Positions 24,853 through 33,454 of a DNA stretch of 64,000 bases are shown in pieces. The first letter of the stretch is position 1; each line of letters starts with the position of its first letter. The notes beneath the pieces were generated by a model. That model worked only from the letters and a program-made list of their open reading frames with translations, did not search any database and was not told the DNA's origin. Where the stretch lies: NCBI GenBank assembly GCA_963836755.1, contig CAWIKF010000002.1, forward strand, positions 64,001 through 128,000, given 5' to 3'. This DNA is from an uncultured Verrucomicrobiae bacterium (GTDB lineage: Bacteria > Verrucomicrobiota > Verrucomicrobiia > Chthoniobacterales > Chthoniobacteraceae). Position numbers and translations under genes: made by a program.

Positions 24853-25618
24853 GGTATCCTGCGGGATCGATCTCCACCTCGACGTAGCCCACCGCGCGCA
24901 GGCCCGCAACCAGCTCCGCATTCACCGGCGCCAGCCGCGGCATCTCTCCGGGCGCGATCTGCACCCGCGCCTCACTTTCGCTCAAATGCCGCACACGGAA
25001 AACCCGGAAGCCGAGACTTCGCACCAGCTCCTCCCCCTGCTCGATCATCGCCAGCGCCCGCGCCGTCACCGGCGTCCCGTGCGGAATCCGCGACGAAAGA
25101 CACGGCTGCGCCGGCGCATCCGCTGTCGGCAACCCCAGCTCCCGCGACAGCGCGCGAATCTCCGCCTTTGTCAGCCCCGCCTCCTTCAGCGGCGCGATCA
25201 CAGCAAACTCCTCTGCAGCGAGCCGACCGGGGCGCACCTGCGCTGCATCGTCCGCATTCTCGCCATAGGCGATTGCGGCGAAGCCGCGCGCCCGCGCCAG
25301 CTCGTCGAGCTTCGTAAAAAGTTCCGCTTTGCAAAAGTAACAGCGGTTTGGCGGGTTGCTCACATAGCTCTCGTCTTCCATCTCCGCCGTCGCAAGCACC
25401 TCCACTCGCGCCCCGAATCCCGCCGCCACCGCCAGCGCCTCGCGCAACGCCGCCCGCGGCAAACTCGGGCTATCCGCGATCACCCCGAGCGCCTGCTCCC
25501 CGAGCGCCGCATGCGCCACCGCCAGCAAATACGCACTGTCCACCCCGCCCGAATACGCCACCAGAAGCGGCGCATGCTCGCGCAACCGCGCCTTGAGCGT
25601 CTCGACTTTTGACTCCAT
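24836..25618 (-). CDS. larE: ATP-dependent sacrificial sulfur transferase LarE
   Basis: VAYSGGVDS PP-loop, NRCYFCK, RPG, PCLSSRIPHG. Confidence 0.92.
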   Translation of the reverse strand: MESKVETLKARLREHAPLLVAYSGGVDSAYLLAVAHAALGEQALGVIADSPSLPRAALREALAVAAGFGARVEVLATAEMEDESYVSNPPNRCYFCKAELFTKLDELARARGFAAIAYGENADDAAQVRPGRLAAEEFAVIAPLKEAGLTKAEIRALSRELGLPTADAPAQPCLSSRIPHGTPVTARALAMIEQGEELVRSLGFRVFRVRHLSESEARVQIAPGEMPRLAPVNAELVAGLRAVGYVEVEIDPAGYRGPSL

Positions 25619-25791
25619 CGCCACTGAGCTTAACACAAATTCGCGCCGCTGCGTTCCCGATTGGAGGCAAAGGCCGGACAAGCATGAATCTTCTGCGCGG
25701 TAAGAGAGTAGTCCATGCGAGCAAGAATACCTGGCCTCATGCCATGATACAACGCGCGTCTGCAGCTCTGCGGCCGGCAAGTAGCCAGTGT

Positions 25792-26328
25792 TCATGTGGA
25801 CAGGTGCCAAGCATGTGTCTCGCTACTGTAGTCCCAGACATCGATCATCCCGCCTGGCTGTGGAAAAGTAAATGTATAGGTCTGACCGTCGGAGTGATAG
25901 CCGTAGCTGCCGCGAAGAAGGCGTGGAATTTGCGGTCGAGATGGTAGCTGGCTGAGATTGGCAGGATATGTTCCGTGCCGCTGCCGATACTGCTCCAGTA
26001 ATGCGGCGACGCAGTCGGGATACGCCTTCGCAGCAGCGACAGCTCGTTGCTGAATGAAGGTATTGATCGGCAACGTAAGAGCCAAACAAGCCGCGCTCAG
26101 AATGACCGCTGAAAGTAGAAGCAGTGGAAGGCGGAGCCCACGTCGAGACAAGATCGCGACCAAAAGAATGATAAGCGCAACACCCGCGCACGGTGCGGCA
26201 ATCCAACATAGGGCTACGCATACGACAATGAACAGGAGCATCGGATCTGCATAAGTAACAATAGTTCCATATCCGATGAGGCCGACTCCGAGGAAAATCC
26301 AACGCCGATTCATGGCAAGCGCGCTCAT
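25792..26328 (-). CDS. Hypothetical membrane protein (cassette-like), C-terminal pilin-like YRQRHGTYP segment
   Basis: Three TM stretches then LEQYRQRHGTYPANLSQL; ATG immediately follows an attC-like half-site. Confidence 0.6.
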   Translation of the reverse strand: MSALAMNRRWIFLGVGLIGYGTIVTYADPMLLFIVVCVALCWIAAPCAGVALIILLVAILSRRGLRLPLLLLSAVILSAACLALTLPINTFIQQRAVAAAKAYPDCVAALLEQYRQRHGTYPANLSQLPSRPQIPRLLRGSYGYHSDGQTYTFTFPQPGGMIDVWDYSSETHAWHLST

Positions 26329-26373
26329 GCGCAACGACGAACGAGCTTTCAATATGCACCTCGTGATTCCATC

Positions 26374-26658
26374 TCACGGGAGCGCGGCGCACCGGGAACA
26401 AAGTTTGACGCCCTCTGCAACAGGTGCGCCGCAGCGAGCACATCGACTGGGAGGACGAAACGCAATCCAGACTAGAAGGCTGATCGGCCAGCTAATGAAA
26501 AAAACCAGTGCCGCGACTAGACAGCCATTCTTGCCACGTGCTTCTGCGTCGCGGTAGGTCCATCGCAAACTCCAGATAAGGAGTCCCAACACGAGACAAG
26601 CGACGAAAACCGCAAAAAGCGCCGGAGCATAATCTAGAATATGAGGGGATTCATCCAT
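26374..26658 (-). CDS. Small membrane protein with C-terminal zinc ribbon (cassette-like)
   Basis: W.YRDAEARGK, WP..LLVWIAFRP, CARCG...CSRC. Confidence 0.7.
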   Translation of the reverse strand: MDESPHILDYAPALFAVFVACLVLGLLIWSLRWTYRDAEARGKNGCLVAALVFFISWPISLLVWIAFRPPSRCARCGAPVAEGVKLCSRCAALP

Positions 26659-26688
26659 TTGAAAACGTGTTTTAACGGGGTTCAAGTT

Positions 26689-26811
26689 CTAACAACCTAT
26701 AAACTCAGTGAGCCCGTTGAGGGCAAACATCGGCTGAATGAGGTCGGCCAAAGCGAAAGCAACTGCGCCGGCAATCCATCCACACACTGCACTGATAAAG
26801 CTCCGTTTCAT
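26689..26811 (-). pseudogene. 40-codon hydrophobic ORF, probably a truncated cassette gene
   Basis: MKRSFISAVCGWIAGAVAFALADLIQPMFALNGLTEFIGC read manually; lies between two attC-like half-sites. Confidence 0.4.
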
Positions 26812-26894
26812 GAAGATCCTCTGAGTCGCCTATCAATACAAAACTCAGCTAACAGCGGAGCCTGTCAGCGCAGCGCATCGTTGCACTACGCATA

Positions 26895-27350
26895 TCAGTC
26901 TTGACCTGCGAATTGGAAGTCGCCCGTCTTGTCATCCAGCGTCCCGGCCTGGCTGGAGTTAAAAGCGATCGCGAGTTTGTGCTGCCGATATTGATCGCGT
27001 CCGATCCACTTGATGATCGGCTTCGTGCATCGATACGGCTGAAGGTGTGCATCCACGAATGGGTTTCGATGCCAAAGTATCTTGCCGTCTGGTGCAAAGG
27101 CGGTGATGTGGCGGCCATCGGACTCGACGTAAAAGTAGTTCCCTGTGATGTCATCGTGAAACACCATCGGCTTGATCGTGGCGTCATCGTTGTTGACGGT
27201 AACGCAGTGTGGCAATCCTTGAAGCTCCTTCGGAACAGGCCTATTCCTGCCGTCACCCTTTGGAAAGGTGTCGAGATAAGTGGTGCTTTGCGCGTGAATA
27301 GCTTCGGCAAACAAGATCAATGCGAGAAATGAAACAAGGTGGGATCTCAT
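26895..27350 (-). CDS. Hypothetical secreted protein (cassette-like)
   Basis: Signal peptide MRSHLVSFLALILFAEAIHA; ATG 12 bp after the attC-like site. Confidence 0.65.
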   Translation of the reverse strand: MRSHLVSFLALILFAEAIHAQSTTYLDTFPKGDGRNRPVPKELQGLPHCVTVNNDDATIKPMVFHDDITGNYFYVESDGRHITAFAPDGKILWHRNPFVDAHLQPYRCTKPIIKWIGRDQYRQHKLAIAFNSSQAGTLDDKTGDFQFAGQD

Positions 27351-27362
27351 AAATATCTGGTT

Positions 27363-27423
27363 CACCAACACGAGAACACGATGAGCTACAGGCGGAGCCT
27401 TTTGTTCCATCGCATTGTTAGGC
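27363..27423 (-). mobile_element. Integron attC-like recombination site
   Basis: Minus strand: R'' GCCTAAC overlapping the grpB stop, L'' GATGGAAC / L' GCTCATC with one extrahelical base, R' GTTGGTG; 61 bp. Confidence 0.65.
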
Positions 27424-28017
27424 GTTCCGGTTGTAGTCATTGAATGGTGTATGACATGATGGATACCTCGGCTGGAAGGTAGCTTGTGCTCTCGAGACTT
27501 CATTGATGAACGCTGTCTTGGCGCGGGTATACGCCTCGCGGTCGTGGCGATGCTGCGCGGCGAGTTCGTTTTTGAGAGCTTCGTAGCGTGAGGCGATGGC
27601 CGCATCAGATCGCAGCAAGTCGCGGAACTGCAAATGCAGAACCCACTGCGGACCGCCAAAGACAACCAGGTGGAGATGATGAGTCCTCCGGCCAAAGGCG
27701 TGCCGCATGAGCCAGCGTCGGTCTGGCAGAGTCGCGTTGAAACCGGCAGAAGTCTCGTAGCCGTGCGCGCACAAAGGCTCCAAGAGCGCATCGGCCTCGC
27801 TGAGGGTGCCGACTCCGGCAAGGATGTCGATAATCGGCTTGGCGGCGAGTGCTGGAACGGCGGTGCTGCCGATATGTTCGATTGCTGTGAAACGGCCCGG
27901 TAGAAGATCCAGGAGACGATTCCGCTCCGCTGCGAATCGTGCCGCCCATCGCGGATCGTGCGCCGAAATGTGGACTTCCTCGGAGATAGCCTCGGTTAAG
28001 GAGCTGGCGGGCACCAT
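27418..28017 (-). CDS. GrpB (UPF0157) family nucleotidyltransferase-fold protein
   Basis: DPRW...F, IEHIGSTAVP.LAAKPIIDI, RTHHLH, FRDLLR, Y..LK, YT.AK. Confidence 0.92.
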   Translation of the reverse strand: MVPASSLTEAISEEVHISAHDPRWAARFAAERNRLLDLLPGRFTAIEHIGSTAVPALAAKPIIDILAGVGTLSEADALLEPLCAHGYETSAGFNATLPDRRWLMRHAFGRRTHHLHLVVFGGPQWVLHLQFRDLLRSDAAIASRYEALKNELAAQHRHDREAYTRAKTAFINEVSRAQATFQPRYPSCHTPFNDYNRNA

Positions 28018-28035
28018 GACGTGTTAACGTGCGCG

Positions 28036-28075
28036 TTTTCCTCGTTACCAAGCTCCAGCTTGGGCACGAGGAAAA
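28036..28075. repeat. REP-like/terminator-like inverted repeat
   Basis: TTTTCCTCGTTACCAAGC-TCCA-GCTTGGGCACGAGGAAAA; 18-bp arms with two mismatches. Confidence 0.7.
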
Positions 28076-28085
28076 AGATCATCAC

Positions 28086-29039
28086 TCATACCACCGGCGC
28101 GGTGATCGTGATGGTGCGCACGCTGCCCGTCGTCGTCCCGTTTGCATTGGAAACGCGGGTGCGGATTTTCACCGTCTTCCCGACCGCGAACGGCCCGAGC
28201 GCATTCCCACTCGGATCCGCCGCCACCGAGTGCGTGAAATCAGTATCGATCCCCACCACCTGCCACTCGACCACGCTCTGGGCGCTGCCGTCGTAGCTCC
28301 CATTGTCATAGCTCAAAAGCAGGTGCAACCCGTCCGTGCCGCCCTGCAGGATCGTGCGAATGCCGAGCGTGCCCGGCCGGTTCGCATCCTCGGTGACGAT
28401 CTGCCCGAGCGCAGCCTCCAGCGCCGGGTTCGTCCGCGCCTCGCCTTCGAGTTTCGCGTAAGCACGCTTGTTCAGCCGGTCGAGCACCAATGCGTCCAGG
28501 CGCAAAGTCGTGCGCGCCGCCGTCACATCCGCCACGCGATCTTCGAGCGTCTGCTCCAGCGTCGGTTGCGCGGTCATCGCCGTGGTGAGATCGCTCACGC
28601 CTTTGCCGCCACTCGTGATGGCATTGCGCGGCGGCACTTGCGCCGCGAGATACGTGTTCGTTTTCGTCAAAGCTGCCACGACTTTTTTACCGCGCTCCAT
28701 CGCCGAGTCGGTGGTTCTCGGCGTGACGGCGTAGGCGGGTGAGAGGAGGTCGAGCAACGCCGATTCCGCATCGATGCTGTCCGAGAGATCGCCTTGCGCC
28801 GCCGCCGGCAGCGTGAGATCGAGCGCGCGGATGAGCAGGTAACCCTGGTTTTCCGCGTTATTCGCCGCGTCAAAATCGGCCAGCGCATTGTCGCGCGTCT
28901 GGGCGAGTCCATCGAGCGCGTCCGATTGCGTCACCATGTCCGCCGCTGTCGCCGTGCCGATTTTGAGGGTCGGGAGGTATTGATTGATCACCGCCACGGT
29001 CTGCGCCGTGCGTGTTTGGATTGCCTGATAGAATTCCAT
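28086..29039 (-). CDS. Hypothetical protein: two duplicated helical domains plus C-terminal Fn3/Ig-like beta domain, no signal peptide
   Basis: LAQTRDNALADFDAA vs LEQTLEDRVADVTAA internal repeat; C-terminal VKIRTRVSNANGTTTGS; host-like codon usage. Confidence 0.7.
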   Translation of the reverse strand: MEFYQAIQTRTAQTVAVINQYLPTLKIGTATAADMVTQSDALDGLAQTRDNALADFDAANNAENQGYLLIRALDLTLPAAAQGDLSDSIDAESALLDLLSPAYAVTPRTTDSAMERGKKVVAALTKTNTYLAAQVPPRNAITSGGKGVSDLTTAMTAQPTLEQTLEDRVADVTAARTTLRLDALVLDRLNKRAYAKLEGEARTNPALEAALGQIVTEDANRPGTLGIRTILQGGTDGLHLLLSYDNGSYDGSAQSVVEWQVVGIDTDFTHSVAADPSGNALGPFAVGKTVKIRTRVSNANGTTTGSVRTITITAPVV

Positions 29040-29170
29040 AATTGGTCTTTCTGTTGTTCTGCTGGGTTAAATCCCGCACGGAATGCGCGGGAAAGCTGTT
29101 TTGGCCCCGTCAATCGCCGTTCGCGCGCGCCAACCGCCTCCGCGCGCCGGAGAAACCGCTTTTACTGGCC

Positions 29171-29401
29171 AAAAAGTCATTTCCCGATGCCACGGGGACG
29201 TTTCCACACCCCGCGGAGACGTTTCCCGAGGGCAACCGGACGTTTCCCAACCGCAACCCGACGTTTCCGCACCCCAACCGGCCATTTCCCGATGCCAACC
29301 GGCCATTTCCCAAGCCCAACCGGTGATTTCCCGAGCCCGTGGGGACGTTTCCGAAGCCCAAAGGGACGTTTCCCGACCCCAAAGGGACGTTTCGCGTTCG
29401 G
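29171..29401. repeat. Degenerate tandem repeat, 11 x 21 bp
   Basis: TTTC invariant at unit positions 10-13 in all 11 units; GACGTTTC in 7 of 11. Confidence 0.9.
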
Positions 29402-29423
29402 ATGTTGGATTTGGCGGTCATAT

Positions 29424-30164
29424 CTAGTCTTTGCTCTCAATTTCTTCGTCTTCGTCGGCGGTTCCGGCAAAGTCGGCGAGCCGCTCCTCGGCCAGTCGCT
29501 CAAGTCGCCGAGCTTGGGTGAGGAGTGTGGTTCTAAGCCATTTTGTAACTTTGCGTTCGCTAATGACACGAGCGAGGGCGGCGATAGTGCTGGCGCGGCG
29601 GGCAATGCGAACGTCTGGATGCTTGCGCTGCGGAAAGATGTCGGACGGAATAATGCGCCCGACATACGCGTCGGGCAGGTTGATGAGGTCGGTCTTTCGC
29701 GGTGCCTTTTCGTTAAGCACGGCCTTGAACGAAGACTCCTCAATGACTTTGACGTAGAGAGTGTATTCTGCACGGTCGAGTTCGGTCTTGATGTCTTCTT
29801 TGGAAAGATGGCCGAGATCGAGCGGCCAGACGCGGATTTCAGCAACTTCGAATGGGTCGAGGACATTCATCGCCACGGCATCGGTGCGTTGATTGGTAAG
29901 ATGCCGTCCAATACGCGCGCCGAGTCCCTCATAAGTCTGGCCAATGTATATGGGTTCGCCATCGTAATCATAAAAAGCATACACACCGCATTGTGCGGCA
30001 CCGATACGCTTGCCATTTGCGTCGGTGCTTCTCAGGAAAGCCTGGATTTCCCGGCGAATTGCCGCCACGTCACCGGGTTGTCCCTCGGGCAGCGGCTGGA
30101 CGTTAGCGGTTGGCACCGTAGCGGACGGCTTGGCTGCGGGTTTTTGCTTCTTTGGGTTGGGCAT
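29424..30164 (-). CDS. GIY-YIG nuclease, putative restriction endonuclease
   Basis: GVYAFYDYDGEPIYIGQT...RIGRH...E...LN GIY-YIG core; overlaps the 3' end of the methyltransferase; start uncertain. Confidence 0.8.
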   Translation of the reverse strand: MPNPKKQKPAAKPSATVPTANVQPLPEGQPGDVAAIRREIQAFLRSTDANGKRIGAAQCGVYAFYDYDGEPIYIGQTYEGLGARIGRHLTNQRTDAVAMNVLDPFEVAEIRVWPLDLGHLSKEDIKTELDRAEYTLYVKVIEESSFKAVLNEKAPRKTDLINLPDAYVGRIIPSDIFPQRKHPDVRIARRASTIAALARVISERKVTKWLRTTLLTQARRLERLAEERLADFAGTADEDEEIESKD

Positions 30165-31281
30165 GGAGAGCGTCAGCGAGCGGAGTGAGATAGTTGTCGG
30201 CAATCCAACGGATGGCGGGAACGCAGACAGCATCGCCGAATCCGAAGAGAGCTTGATTGAGAGGCACGTTCACGAGGAAGTCGTCGGCACCCATGAGGCG
30301 GGCGCATTCGCGAGCGGTGAGAAGGCGCACGGCGAAACGATTCTTCCCAGCGACAAACAGAATCTGCCGCCCGCTGCCGCCGCGCGGAGTGCGGAGACAT
30401 CCGGCAATCCCATCGGTTCGCAATTCAGCCATTGAACCTGTCGCACGGACGCGCCGAAAAACTGTGGCGTAGGAGCGTCGCGGAGCGCGGATCATCACTT
30501 CTGCTTGGGCGCGATGCTTGGGACTCATCTGGTTGAGCAGGTAATCGCAACGCTCCTGACTCCACCAAGCGGCGGAATTTGGAGAAAGGTCTTCAATAAG
30601 GTCAGCCAGCCGGGTTTCGTGGTTTGGCAGCGATGGCAGCGGGCGGAGATTCCATTGAACATCCGGGTGCCAGAGGATGAAGTCCGCAAGCGCCGCCGGA
30701 CGCAATTCGCTTTGCAGGAGACTTGGAGTTTCTGCGATTCGTGCGGTGGAACCGTGTTGGCCCACAACGAAAAGTCGCTGGCGGCTCTGTGGGACGAAAC
30801 GCGATGCGTCAATGATGAAGGCGTCCACAACGTAGCCGAGGCCATTGAGGGCGAGCAGCGCCTCGTGGAAGTCCGTGCCATTATGCGAGGTGAGAAAGCC
30901 CGTGACGTTTTCCAGCAAAACCAGCGGTGGCCGGCGCGCTCCCATTTCCTTGAGGACGCGAATGAAACCCCAGAACGCCGAGGAATGTTCGCCAGCGAGA
31001 CCTTTGCGCGCACCGGCAAGCGAGAGGTCATTGCAAGGAAAGGAGGCAGTGGCGAGAGTCGTCGTTGGCACTGTCGTCACATCAAGTGCGTGAATGTCTC
31101 CCAGCACAAACTCCGGTGAAGGACCGAAGTGATGGCAATACATCTCCTTCTTTTTCTCATCGATGTCGTTGGCGAAAACCGTCCGCCATCCTGCCTGATC
31201 CAGCCCGAATCGCATGAGACCGATGCCTGCGAAATACTCCGCAACAGTTGCTCGATTTCCGCATTGGAGGATTTTTTCCAC
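30103..31281 (-). CDS. DNA (cytosine-5)-methyltransferase
   Basis: Motif I YFAGIG, IV FPCNDLS.AG, VI LENVTG, VIII PQSRQRLF, IX RLLTARECARLMG, X FGDAV. Confidence 0.95.
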   Translation of the reverse strand: MEKILQCGNRATVAEYFAGIGLMRFGLDQAGWRTVFANDIDEKKKEMYCHHFGPSPEFVLGDIHALDVTTVPTTTLATASFPCNDLSLAGARKGLAGEHSSAFWGFIRVLKEMGARRPPLVLLENVTGFLTSHNGTDFHEALLALNGLGYVVDAFIIDASRFVPQSRQRLFVVGQHGSTARIAETPSLLQSELRPAALADFILWHPDVQWNLRPLPSLPNHETRLADLIEDLSPNSAAWWSQERCDYLLNQMSPKHRAQAEVMIRAPRRSYATVFRRVRATGSMAELRTDGIAGCLRTPRGGSGRQILFVAGKNRFAVRLLTARECARLMGADDFLVNVPLNQALFGFGDAVCVPAIRWIADNYLTPLADALHAQPKEAKTRSQAVRYGANR

Positions 31282-31408
31282 GGGTTTTACGGTAGTTTAA
31301 TGTTCGCTGCAAAGGCAACCGCGATCTGGGACGCTAGCTCTCCCGCGTTTGTGAAAGCAATGTTTGAATGTCCGTCAAACTTCCTGTGCGAGGGCAGGGG
31401 AAGCCGGT

Positions 31409-32233
31409 TCAGAGCTGGAGGCGGGAGAAAAGTTCGTCGAGGGGGAGCTGGAGGCCGAGGTAGAATTCGCCGAAATCGGCGTAGTCGGCGCTGACGGGGT
31501 CGAAGCGCATCTCGTAGACGATGGCTTTGATGTCGAAGGGGTCGTGCGCGAAGAGGGTGACGCCCCATTCGTGGTCGTCGAGGCCGGTGGAGCCGGTGAT
31601 GAGCTGGAGGATTTTGCCGTGGTATTTGCGGCCGACGCGGGCGTGGCCGGACATGAGTTTTTTGCGCGCGGGGAAGTCGAGGCCATACCAGTTTTGCCCG
31701 GGTGCGCGGCGTTTGGACATGGGGTAGAAGCTGAAGACCGGCCATGCGGGGAGGTTCGGGTAAAGTTTGTCGCGGTTGTATTTGGCCATTCTCGCGGTGA
31801 AGGCGGTCAGTTTTTCCTGAAACTCGGGCGTGCCGGGGGTCAAATTTTCCTCGGTCTCGAGGGTGCGGGCGTATTCGGCGTCGCTGGTGGTGTATTCGCT
31901 GAGCTCGGTGAGGGAGAGGGAGGAGAAGACGGGTGTGAGGACATCGGCGCCGAGGGAGAGGGCGAGTTTTTTCTCGATGGTATTGGCGGTGTGGAGGTCG
32001 GGGGTGAGGAGCATGAAGCCGAGGTCGGCCTTTGGCGAAACCATGCTGAAAAGCAGGAGCTGGGTGTCGGGCAGGGCGCGGATTTCCTGGACGAGGGCGG
32101 TGAGGCGGGTCTTGGCCGCGCGCTGCTCGTCGCCGGAGGAGAGCTGCCATTGGCCGTGCTCGATTTTGTAAAACAAATGGAGGACGTGCCAGCCCTCCGC
32201 GGGCACGATGGGGTCGAGGCTTCGGTGGCTCAT
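31409..32233 (-). CDS. chdC: Coproheme decarboxylase (HemQ/ChdC), chlorite-dismutase fold
   Basis: EGWHVLH, ELSEY, FYPMSKRR, NWY, MSGHARVGR, QLITGSTGLDDHEWGVTLF, VYEMRFD. Confidence 0.85.
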   Translation of the reverse strand: MSHRSLDPIVPAEGWHVLHLFYKIEHGQWQLSSGDEQRAAKTRLTALVQEIRALPDTQLLLFSMVSPKADLGFMLLTPDLHTANTIEKKLALSLGADVLTPVFSSLSLTELSEYTTSDAEYARTLETEENLTPGTPEFQEKLTAFTARMAKYNRDKLYPNLPAWPVFSFYPMSKRRAPGQNWYGLDFPARKKLMSGHARVGRKYHGKILQLITGSTGLDDHEWGVTLFAHDPFDIKAIVYEMRFDPVSADYADFGEFYLGLQLPLDELFSRLQL

Positions 32234-32315
32234 GCGGTGCAAAATCCCGGGCAGCGGCGCAAAGTGCAAGCGTTTTGGCTTTGCAGCGCGCGCGGCTGGC
32301 GGCAAAGTCCGCGCC

Positions 32316-33374
32316 GTGAGCAACTGGTATTATGCCGAGAACGGCCGTCAACAAGGCCCGGTGACCGACGAGGCCGAATGGAACGCGATGATCGCGGAGG
32401 GGACGATCCTGCCGGAGACGCTGGTTTGGCGGGAGGGGATGGAGCGGTGGCTGCCGTATGGGAAGTTGACGCCGCCGCCGGTGGGCGGGCGCGCGAGTGT
32501 TTGCACGGAGTGCAATCGCCTTTTCCCACTGGATGAGCTGACGCTGCTCGGGATGCGCCGGGTCTGCGCCGAATGCGAGCCGACGCTGCGGCGCCAGCTC
32601 GCGGCGGTGTCGGGCGCGCGTGAAAGGGTGGATGCGGCGACGCTGATGGCGCGTGTGGAGGCAAGCGAGCGGTCTTTATCCATTGGCTGCACGCTCTCGA
32701 GGGCGTGGGCGGTGATTCGGAAAAATTTCTGGCCGTGCGTGGGGCTGACTTTGCTCGGCTACGCGCTGATGCTCGGCGCCGGATTGATCCCGCTGCTCGG
32801 GATCGTGGCGACGTTTTGCGTGCAGCCGCAGATGACTGCGGGGCTGTATTGGTATTTTTTGAAGCAGATCCGCGGACGCAAAGCGGTCGCGGCGGATATT
32901 TTCGCGGGCTTCGGGCGCGGCTACGCGCAGCAGTTGGTTTACATGCTGATTATGTTCGCGGTGGCTTTCGCGGTCGTGCTCCCTTTCGGCCTGGTGATGC
33001 CGCTATTACAAAAAGCGGCGCATCACGGCACGCATGAAGTGCACGTGGCGATGCAGATCGGCGGCGCGCTGCTCGTGCTCGTGCTGGTGGTCGCGCTGCT
33101 GCTGCTTTTCACATGCTGGACTTTTGCACCGATCCTCATTCTCGATAAGGGCTTGAATGCGACGGAGGCGATGCGGCTGAGCTTCCGCGCCGTGAGCCGG
33201 GTGCTCTGGAAATTCGTGCTGCTGATGCTGGCGCTGATCGCGCTCTCGCTCTGCGGGATGCTCGCGCTGGTCATCGGCGTGATCTTTGCGATCCCTGTCG
33301 TCTTCGCATCGATCGCGGTGGCGTATGAGGATATTTTTGGCGTGGATGCGGCGGCGGCTTCGGATGAGGCGTAG
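32316..33374 (+). CDS. GYF_2 (DUF4339) domain membrane protein with CxxC pair
   Basis: WYYAENGRQQGP...TLVWREGM..W; CTEC/CAEC; multi-TM C-terminus. Confidence 0.8.
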   Translation: MSNWYYAENGRQQGPVTDEAEWNAMIAEGTILPETLVWREGMERWLPYGKLTPPPVGGRASVCTECNRLFPLDELTLLGMRRVCAECEPTLRRQLAAVSGARERVDAATLMARVEASERSLSIGCTLSRAWAVIRKNFWPCVGLTLLGYALMLGAGLIPLLGIVATFCVQPQMTAGLYWYFLKQIRGRKAVAADIFAGFGRGYAQQLVYMLIMFAVAFAVVLPFGLVMPLLQKAAHHGTHEVHVAMQIGGALLVLVLVVALLLLFTCWTFAPILILDKGLNATEAMRLSFRAVSRVLWKFVLLMLALIALSLCGMLALVIGVIFAIPVVFASIAVAYEDIFGVDAAAASDEA

Positions 33375-33454
33375 CGGGTTTTTCCCGAGCGCAAAAAAAC
33401 GTTGCAAAGCGGGCATCGCTTCCTATTGTATCCCGCCTTCAAGGGACCAAACAA

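Noticed and set aside
25626..25633. GTTAAGC as an attC R' site before larE
   Set aside because: No matching L' or R'' arm; better explained as an extended -10 (TG-n-TAAGCT) for larE.
29171..29401. CRISPR array or real protein from the repeat ORFs (e.g. 28794..30188, 29177..29866)
   Set aside because: No repeat-spacer structure. Several frames are open simply because the 21-bp unit lacks stops, and the long ORFs overlap better-supported genes.
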